Of a stretch of 64,000 nucleotides of DNA, positions 54,301 through 64,000 are shown in pieces (position 1 is the first letter of the stretch; each line of letters begins with the position of its first letter). The position numbers were made by a program, and so were the translations under genes. A model generated the notes under the pieces. That model made no database searches and was not told the origin of the DNA. It saw nothing but the letters and a program-made list of their open reading frames with translations. Source of the stretch: Eledone cirrhosa (lineage: Eukaryota); assembly GCA_964016885.1 (NCBI GenBank), contig OZ024759.1:23870001-23934000 (forward strand), in the 5' to 3' direction.

Positions 54301-57300
54301 TAGCTCTATCTTCCTTTTAACGGAAAACACCATGCTGTCTGGCTATCTCTCAACCAATCTACCTCATACTCTCTACCTCTTTTTGAGTAATCCCTTGCTT
54401 GTCTTTCAAGCAAGTTGGTCTTTACTCCTATGGACGTATAAACCTTTACACTATCTAATAACCACTCCTATATTCGTCTTTCCAAGTCATGTGCTTTAAC
54501 ACTTTGAGCCCAGTTTACTTCGATATATCCCTATATATCTCTATTTTCCTTTTAACGGAAAACACCTTGCTGTCTGGCTATCTCTCTCCCAATCTACCTC
54601 ATACTCTCTACCTCTTTTTGAGTAACCCTTGCTTGTCTTTCAAGCAAGTTGGTCTTTACTCCTATGGACGTATAAACCTTTACACTATCTCATAACCATT
54701 CCTATATTCGTCTTTCCAAAACATGTGCTTTAACACTTTGAGCCCAGTTTACTTCGATATATCCCTATATATCGCTATTTTCCTTTTAACGGAAAACACC
54801 ATGCTGTCTGGCTATCTCTCTCCCAATCTACCTCATACTCTCTACCTCTTTTTGAGTAATCCCTTGCTTGTCTTTCAAGCAAGTTGGTCTTTACTCCTAT
54901 GGACGTATAAACCTTTACACTATCTCATAACCATTCCTATATTCGTCTTTCCAAGTCATGTGATTTCACATTTTGAGCCCAGTTTACTTCGATATATCTC
55001 TATATATCTCTATTTTCCTTTTAACGGAAAACACCATGCTGTCTGGCTATCTCTCTCCCAATCTACCTCATACTCTCTACCTCTTTTTGAGTAATCCCTT
55101 GCTTGTCTTTCAAGCAAGTTGGTCTTTACTCCTATGGACGTATAAACCTTTACACTATCTCATAACCATTCCTATATTCGTCTTTCCAAGTCATGTGCTT
55201 TCACACTTTGAGCCCAGTTTACTTCGATATATCTCTATATAGCTCTATCTTCCTTTTAACGGAAAACACCATGCTGTCTGGCTATCTCTCACCCAATCTA
55301 CCTCATACTCTCTACCTCTTTTTGAGTAATCCCTTGCTTGTCTTTCAAGCAAGTTGGTCTTTACTCCTATGGACGTATAAACCTTTACACTATCTCATAA
55401 CCATTCCTATATTCGTCTTTCCAAGTCATGTGCTTTCACACTTTGAGCCCAGTTTACTTCGATATATCTCTATATATCTCTATCTTCCTTTTAACGGAAA
55501 ACACCATGCTGTCTGGCTATCTCTCTCCCAATCTACCTCATACTCTCTACCTCTTTTTGAGTAATCCCTTGCTTGTCTTACAAGCAAGTTGGTCTTTGCT
55601 CCTATGGACGTATAAACCTTTACACTATCTCATAACCATTCCTATATTCGTCTTTCCAAAACATGTGCTTTAACACTTTGAGTCCAGTTTACTTCGATAT
55701 ATCCCTATATATCTCTATTTTCCTTTTAACGGAAAACACCATGCTGTCTGGCTCACTCTCTCCCTTATCTACCTCATGCGATCTACCTCTTTTTGAGTAA
55801 TCCCTTGCTTGTCTTTCAAGCAAGTTGGTCTTTACTCCTATGGACGTATAAACTTTTACACTATCTCATAACCATTCCTATATTCGTCTTTCCAAGTCAT
55901 GTGCTTTCACACTTTGAGCCCAGTTTACTTCGATATATCTCTATATATCTCTATCTTCCTTTTAACGGAAAACACCATGCTGTCTGGCTATCTCTAACCC
56001 AATCTACCTCATACTCTCTACCTCTTTTTGAGTACTCCCTTGCTTGTCTTTCAAGCAAGTTGGTCTTTACTCCTATGGACGTATAAACCTTTACACTATC
56101 TCATAACCATTCCTATATTCGTCTTTCCAAGTCATGTGCTTTCACACTTTGAGCCCAGTTTACTTCGATATATCCCTATATATCTCTATTTTCCTTTTAA
56201 CGGAAAACACCATGCTGTCTGGCTATTTCTCTCCCAATCTACCTCATACTCTCTACCTCTTTTTGAGTAATCCCTTGCTTGTCTTTCAAGCAAGTTGGTC
56301 TTTACTCCTATGGACGTATAAACCTTTACTCTATCTCATAACCACTCCTATATTGGTCTTTCCAAGTCATGTGCTTTAACACTTTGATCCCAGTTTACTT
56401 CGATATATCCCTATATATCTCTATTTTCCTTTTAACGGAAAACACCTTGCTGTCTGGCTATCTCTCTCCCAATCTACCTCATACTCTCTACCTCTTTTTG
56501 AGTAATCCCTTGCTTGTCTTTCAAGCAAGTTGGTCTTTACTCCTATGGACGTATAAACCTTTACACTATCTCATAACCATTCCTATATTCGTCTTTCCAA
56601 AACATGTGCTTTAACACTTTGAGCCCAGTTTACTTCGATATATCTCTATATATCTCTATCTTCCTTTTAACGGAAAACACCATGCTGTCTGGCTATCTCT
56701 CACCCAATCTACCTCATACTCTCTACCTCTTTTTGAGTAATCCCTTGCTTGTCTTTCAAGCAAGTTGGTCTTTGCTCCTATGGACGTATAAACCTTTACA
56801 CTATCTCATAATCATTCCTATATTCGTCTTTTCAAGTCATGTGCTTTCACACTTTGAGCCCAGTTTACTTCGATATATCTCTATATATCTCTATCTTCCT
56901 TTTAACGGAAAACACCATGCTGTCTGGCTATCTCTCACCCAATCTACCTCATACTCTCTACCTCTTTTTGAGTAATCCCTTGCTTGTCTTTCAAGCAAGT
57001 TGGTCTTTACTCCTATGGACGTATAAACCTTTACACTATCTCATAACCATTCCTATATTCGTCTTTCCAAGTCATGTGCTTTCACACTTTGAGCCCAGTT
57101 TACTTCGATATATCCCTATATATCTCTATTTTCCTTTTAACGGAAAACACCATGCTGTCTGGCTATCTCTCTCCCAATCTACCTCATACTCTCTACCTCT
57201 TTTTGAGTAATCCCTTGCTTGTCTTTCAAGCAAGTTGGTCTTTACTCCTATGGACGTATAAACCTTTACACTATCTCATAACCATTCCTATATTCGTCTT

Positions 57301-60300
57301 TCCAAGTCATGTGCTTTCACACTTTGAGCCCAGTTTACTTCGATATATCTCTATATATCTCTATTTTCCTTTTAACGGAAAACACCATGCTGTCTGGCTA
57401 TCTCTCTCCCAATCTACCTCATACTCTCTACCACTTTTTGAGTAATCCCTTGCTTGTCTTTCAAGCAAGTTGGTCTTTGCTCCTATGGACGTATAAACCT
57501 TTACACTATCTCATAACCATTCCTATATTCGTCTTTCCAAAACATGTGCTTTAACACTTTGAGCCCAGTTTACTTCGATATATCCCTATATATCTCTGTT
57601 TTCCTTTTAACGGAAAACACCATGCTGTCTGGCTCTCTCTCTCCCTTATCTACCTCATGCGATCTACCTCTTTTTGAGTAATTCCTTGCTTGTCTTTCAA
57701 GCAAGTTGGTCATTACTCCTATGGACGTATAAACCTTTACGCTATCTCATAACCACTACTATATTGGTCTTTCCAAGTCATGTGCTTTAACACTTTGATC
57801 CCAGTTTACTTCGATATATCCCTATATATCTCTATTTTCCTTTTAACGGAAAACACCTTGCTGTCTGGCTATCTCTCTCCCAATCTACCTCATACTCTCT
57901 ACCTCTTTTTGAGTAATCCCTTGCTTGTCTTTCAAGCAAGTTGGTCTTTACTCCTATGGACGTATAAACCTTTACACTATCTCATAACCATTCCTATATT
58001 CGTCTTTCCAAAACATGTGCTTTAACACTATGAGCCCAGTTTACTTCGATATATCTCTATATATCTCTATCTTCCTTTTAACGGAAAACACCATGCTGTC
58101 TGGCTCACTCTCTCCCTTATCTACCTCATGCGATCTACCTCTTTTTGAGTAATCCCTTGCTTGTCTTTCAAGCAAGTTGGTCTTTACTCCTATGGACGTA
58201 TAAACTTTTACACTATCTCATAACCATTCCTATATTCGTCTTTCCAAGTCATGTGCTTTCACACTTTGAGCCCAGTTTACTTCGATATATCTCTATATAT
58301 CTCTATCTTCCTTTTAACGGAAAACATCATGCTGTCTGGCTATCTCTCACCCAATCTACCTCATACTCTCTACCTCTTTTTGAGTAATCCCTTGCTTGTC
58401 TTTCAAGCAAGTTGGTCTTTACTCCTATGGACGTATAAACCTTTACACTATCTCATAACCATTCCTATATTCGTCTTTCCAAGTCATGTGCTTTCACACT
58501 TTGAGCCCAGTTTACTTCGATATATCTCTATATATCTCTATTTTCCTTTTAACGGAAAACACCATGCTGTCTGGCTATCTCTCTCCCAATCTACCTCATA
58601 CTCTCTACCACTTTTTGAGTAATCCCTTGCTTGTCTTTCAAGCAAGTTGGTCTTTGCTCCTATGGACGTATAAACCTTTACACTATCTCATAACCATTCC
58701 TATATTCGTCTTTCCAAGTCATGTGCTTTCACACTTTGAGCCCAGTTTACTTCGATATATCTCTATATATCTCTATATATCTCTATTTTCCTTTTAACGG
58801 AAAACACCATGCTGTCTGGCTATCTCTCTCCCAATCTACCTCATACTCTCTACCTCTTTTTGAGTAACCCTTGCTTGTCTTTCAAGCAAGTTGGTCTTTA
58901 CTCCTATGGACGTATAAATCTTTACACTATCTCATAACCATTCCTATATTCGTCTTTCCAAAACATGTGCTTTAACACTTTGAGCCCAGTTTACTTCGAT
59001 ATATCCCTATATATCTCTATTTTCCTTTTAACGGAAAACACCATGCTGTCTGGCTCTCTCTCAACCAATCTACCTCATACTCTCTACCTCTTTTTGAGTA
59101 ATCCCTTGCTTGTCTTTCAAGCAAGTTGGTCTTTACTCCTATGGACGTATAAACCTTTACACTATCTAATAACCACTCCTATATTCGTCTTTCCAAGTCA
59201 TGTGCTTTAACACTTTGAGCCCAGTTTACTTCGATATATCCCTATATATCTCTATTTTCCTTTTAACGGAAAACACCTTGCTGTCTGGCTATCTCTCTCC
59301 CAATCTACCTCATACTCTCTACCTCTTTTTGAGTAACCCTTGCTTGTCTTTCAAGCAAGTTGGTCTTTACTCCTATGGACGTATAAACCTTTACACTATC
59401 TCATAACCATTCCTATATTCGTCTTTCCAAAACATGTGCTTTAACACTTTGAGCCCAGTTTACTTCGATATATCCCTATATATCGCTATTTTCCTTTTAA
59501 CGGAAAACACCATGCTGTCTGGCTATCTCTCTCCCAATCTACCTCATACTCTCTACCTCTTTTTGAGTAATCCCTTGCTTGTCTTTCAAGCAAGTTGGTC
59601 TTTACTCCTATGGACGTATAAACCTTTACACTATCTCATAACCATTCCTATATTCGTCTTTCCAAGTCATGTGATTTCACACTTTGAGCCCAGTTTACTT
59701 CGATATATCTCTATATATCTCTATTTTCCTTTTAACGGAAAACACCATGCTGTCTGGCTATCTCTCTCCCAATCTACCTCATACTCTCTACCTCTTTTTG
59801 AGTAATCCCTTGCTTGTCTTTCAAGCAAGTTGGTCTTTACTCCTATGGACGTATAAACCTTTACACTATCTCATAACCATTCCTATATTCGTCTTTCCAA
59901 GTCATGTGCTTTCACACTTTGAGCCCAGTTTACTTCGATATATCTCTATATAGCTCTATCTTCCTTTTAACGGAAAACACCATGCTGTCTGGCTATCTCT
60001 CACCCAATCTACCTCATACTCTCTACCTCTTTTTGAGTAATCCCTTGCTTGTCTTTCAAGCAAGTTGGTCTTTACTCCTATGGACGTATAAACCTTTACA
60101 CTATCTCATAACCATTCCTATATTCGTCTTTCCAAGTCATGTGCTTTCACACTTTGAGCCCAGTTTACTTCGATATATCTCTATATATCTCTATCTTCCT
60201 TTTAACGGAAAACACCATGCTGTCTGGCTATCTCTCCCCCAATCTACCTCATACTCTCTACCTCTTTTTGAGTAATCCCTTGCTTGTCTTACAAGCAAGT

Positions 60301-63300
60301 TGGTCTTTGCTCCTATGGACGTATAAACCTTTACACTATCTCATAACCATTCCTATATTCGTCTTTCCAAAACATGTGCTTTAACACTTTGAGTCCAGTT
60401 TACTTCGATATATCCCTATATATCTCTATTTTCCTTTTAACGGAAAACACCATGCTGTCTGGCTCACTCTCTCCCTTATCTACCTCATGCGATCTACCTC
60501 TTTTTGAGTAATCCCTTGCTTGTCTTTCAAGCAAGTTGGTCTTTACTCCTATGGACGTATAAACTTTTACACTATCTCATAACCATTCCTATATTCGTCT
60601 TTCCAAGTCATGTGCTTTCACACTTTGAGCCCAGTTTACTTCGATATATCTCTATATATCTCTATCTTCCTTTTAACGGAAAACACCATGCTGTCTGGCT
60701 ATCTCTCACCCAATCTACCTCATACTCTCTACCTCTTTTTGAGTACTCCCTTGCTTGTCTTTCAAGCAAGTTGGTCTTTACTCCTATGGACGTATAAACC
60801 TTTACACTATCTCATAACCATTCCTATATTCGTCTTTCCAAGTCATGTGCTTTCACACTTTGAGCCCAGTTTACTTCGATATATCCCTATATATCTCTAT
60901 TTTCCTTTTAACGGAAAACACCATGCTGTCTGGCTATCTCTCTCCCAATCTACCTCATACTCTCTACCTCTTTTTGAGTAATCCCTTGCTTGTCTTTCAA
61001 GCAAGTTGGTCTTTACTCCTATGGACGTATAAACCTTTACTCTATCTCATAACCACTCCTATATTGGTCTTTCCAAGTCATGTGCTTTAACACTTTGATC
61101 CCAGTTTACTTCGATATATCCCTATATATCTCTATTTTCCTTTTAACGGAAAACACCTTGCTGTCTGGCTATCTCTCTCCCAATCTACCTCATACTCTCT
61201 ACCTCTTTTTGAGTAATCCCTTGCTTGTCTTTCAAGCAAGTTGGTCTTTACTCCTATGGACGTATAAACCTTTACACTATCTCATAACCATTCCTATATT
61301 CGTCTTTCCAAAACATGTGCTTTAACACTTTGAGCCCAGTTTACTTCGATATATCTCTATATATCTCTATCTTCCTTTTAACGGAAAACACCATGCTGTC
61401 TGGCTATCTCTCACCCAATCTACCTCATACTCTCTACCTCTTTTTGAGTAATCCCTTGCTTGTCTTTCAAGCAAGTTGGTCTTTGCTCCTATGGACGTAT
61501 AAACCTTTACACTATCTCATAATCATTCCTATATTCGTCTTTTCAAGTCATGTGCTTTCACACTTTGAGCCCAGTTTACTTCGATATATCTCTATATATC
61601 TCTATCTTCCTTTTAACGGAAAACACCATGCTGTCTGGCTATCTCTCACCCAATCTACCTCATACTCTCTACCTCTTTTTGAGTAATCCCTTGCTTGTCT
61701 TTCAAGCAAGTTGGTCTTTACTCCTATGGACGTATAAACCTTTACACTATCTCATAACCATTCCTATATTCGTCTTTCCAAGTCATGTGCTTTCACACTT
61801 TGAGCCCAGTTTACTTCGATATATCCCTATATATCTCTATTTTCCTTTTAACGGAAAACACCATGCTGTCTGGCTATCTCTCTCCCAATCTACCTCATAC
61901 TCTCTACCTCTTTTTGAGTAATCCCTTGCTTGTCTTTCAAGCAAGTTGGTCTTTACTCCTATGGACGTATAAACCTTTACACTATCTCATAACCATTCCT
62001 ATATTCGTCTTTCCAAGTCATGTGCTTTCACACTTTGAGCCCAGTTTACTTCGATATATCTCTATATATCTCTATTTTCCTTTTAACGGAAAACACCATG
62101 CTGTCTGGCTATCTCTCTCCCAATCTACCTCATACTCTCTACCACTTTTTGAGTAATCCCTTGCTTGTCTTTCAAGCAAGTTGGTCTTTGCTCCTATGGA
62201 CGTATAAACCTTTACACTATCTCATAACCATTCCTATATTCGTCTTTCCAAAACATGTGCTTTAACACTTTGAGCCCAGTTTACTTCGATATATCCCTAT
62301 ATATCTCTATTTTCCTTTTAACGGAAAACACCATGCTGTCTGGCTCACTCTCTCCCTTATCTACCTCATGCGATCTACCTCTTTTTGAGTAATCCCTTGC
62401 TTGTCTTTCAAGCAAGTTGGTCTTTACTCCTATGGACGTATAAACTTTTACACTATCTCATAACCATTCCTATATTCGTCTTTCCAAGTCATGTGCTTTC
62501 ACACTTTGAGCCCAGTTTACTTCGATATATCCCTATATATCTCTATATTCCTTTTAACGGAAAACACCATGCTGTCTGGCTCTCTCTCTCCCTTATCTAC
62601 CTCATGCGATCTACCTCTTTTTGAGTAATTCCTTGCTTGTCTTTCAAGCAAGTTGGTCATTACTCCTATGGACGTATAAACCTTTACGCTATCTCATAAC
62701 CACTCCTATATTCGTATTTCCAAGTCATGTGCTTTAACACTTTGAGCCCAGTTTACTTCGATATATCCCTATATATCTCTATTTTCCTTTTAACGGAAAA
62801 CACCTTGCTGTCTGGCTATCTCTCTCCCAATCTACCTCATACTCTCTACCTCTTTTTGAGTAATCCCTTGCTTGTCTTTCAAGCAAGTTGGTCTTTACTC
62901 CTATGGACGTATAAACATTTACACTATCTCATAACCATTCCTATATTCGTCTTTGCAAGTCATGTGCATTAACACTTTGAGCCCAGTTTACTTCGATATA
63001 TCTCTATATATCTCTATCTTCCTTTTAACGGAAAACACCATGCTGTCTGGCTATCTCTCACCCAATCTACCTCATACTCTCTACCTCTTTTTGAGTAATC
63101 CCTTGCTTGTATTTCAAGCAAGTTGGTCTTTACTCCTATGGACGTATAAACCTTTACACTTTCTCATAACCATTCCTATATTTATCTTTCCAAGTCATGT
63201 GCATTAACACTTTGAGCCCAGGTTACTTCGATATATCTCTATATATCTCTATTTTCCTTTTAACCGAAAACACCATGCTGTATGGCTATCTCTCTCCCAA

Positions 63301-64000
63301 TCTACCTCATACTCTCTACCTCTTTTTGAGTAATCCCTTGCTTGTCTTTCAAGCAAGTTGGTCTTTACTCCTATGGACATATAAACCTTTACACTATCTC
63401 ATAACCATTCCTATATTCGTCTTTCCAAAACATGTGCTTTAACACTTTGAGCCCAGTTTACTTCGATATATCCCTATATATCTCTATTTTCCTTTTAACG
63501 GAAAACCCCATGCTGTCTGGCTATCTCTCTCCCTTATCTACCTCATGCGATCTACCTCTTTTTGAGTAATTCCTTGCTTGTCTTTCAAGCAAGTTGGTCA
63601 TTACTCCTATGGACGTATAAACCTTTACGCTATCTCATAACCACTCCTATATTCGTCTTTCCAAGTCATGTGCTTTAACACTTTGAGCCCAGTTTACTTC
63701 GATATATCCCTATATATCTCTATTTCCCTTTTAACGGAAAACACCTTGCTATCTGGCTATCTCTCCCCCAATCTACCTCATACTCTCTACCTCTTTTTGA
63801 GTAATCCCTTGCTTGTCTTTCAAGCAAGTTGGTCTTTACTCCTATGGACGTATAAACCTTTACACTATCTCATAACCATTCCTATATTCGTCTTTCCAAG
63901 TCATGTGCTTTAACACTTTGATCCCAGTTTACTTCGATATATCTCTATATATCTCTATCTTCCTTTTAACAGAAAACAACTTGCTGTCTGGCTATCTCTC
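48358..64000. repeat. Second subfamily domain of the same satellite (CCAAAACATG, CTTTGCTCC and 236-bp CCTTA..CATGCGATC monomers)
   Basis: These variants are not seen before about 48.3 kb and are frequent after it. Confidence 0.88.
51423..62254. repeat. Large duplication: a 26-mer (51423-57543) followed by a 20-mer copy (57544-62254) with two internal deletions
   Basis: Private markers occur in the same order in both copies: AACATCATG (52599/58251), 244-bp monomer (53069/58721), 234-bp TAACCC monomer (54489/59200), ATCGCT (54723/59434), GTGATTTC (54958/59669), CTTACAAG (55428/60139), TTTTCAAG (56604/61315). Confidence 0.92.

Larger units (their letters stand above)
1..64000. repeat. 235-bp satellite DNA tandem array (271 complete monomers plus partial ends), single orientation, running off both window edges
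   Basis: Seen directly: ATGTGC(T/A)TT recurs at 197, 432, 667 and so on to 63903. 63903-197 = 271x235 + 21, and the +21 equals the sum of visible indels (-4, +1, -4, +12, +18, -2). Monomers usually differ from consensus at only a few positions. A centromeric or heterochromatic location is inferred from the general properties of such arrays. Confidence 0.99.

Noticed and set aside
173-63913. Over 200 copies of an 81-aa hydrophobic ORF (MCFNTLSPVYF...), each overlapping the next by 11 nt
   Set aside because: A C/T-rich strand has few stops and yields Leu/Ser/Phe/Pro/Ile/Tyr. Stops (ACG TAA, CTC TAG, GTT TAA) and frameshifts are propagated with the duplications. Many variants are non-synonymous, there is no intergenic space and I recognise no domain. 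Ribo-seq or proteomics would be needed to revive it.
1-64000. CRISPR array (regular repeats with a hairpin; the minus strand reads TTGAAAG)
   Set aside because: There are no unique spacers, because the entire 235 bp repeats, and there are no cas genes.

Overview
The whole 64 kb window is one uninterrupted, head-to-tail tandem array of a 235-bp satellite DNA monomer. It holds 271 complete monomers (197-63902) plus partial ends. By hand count the consensus is about 38% GC, with a + strand of about 66% pyrimidine. I see no genes, RNA genes, transposon insertions, inversions or CRISPR spacers, and the visible small indels (net +21 bp) account exactly for the drift from the 235-bp phase. The 81-aa ORFs in the track are a by-product of the pyrimidine-rich repeat. 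The sequence looks like eukaryotic (peri)centromeric or heterochromatic satellite, but I do not recognise the family or the organism. The informative structure lies in the shared variants. These reveal local, variable-length higher-order repeats (2- to 26-mers), chimeric monomers at exact whole-monomer deletion junctions, a switch to a second monomer subfamily at about 48.3 kb, and rising divergence at the right end. Each monomer also carries an 8-bp-stem inverted repeat, a doubled CTACCTC motif (the let-7 seed-match sequence, possibly by chance) and faint traces of a roughly 78-bp trimeric ancestry.
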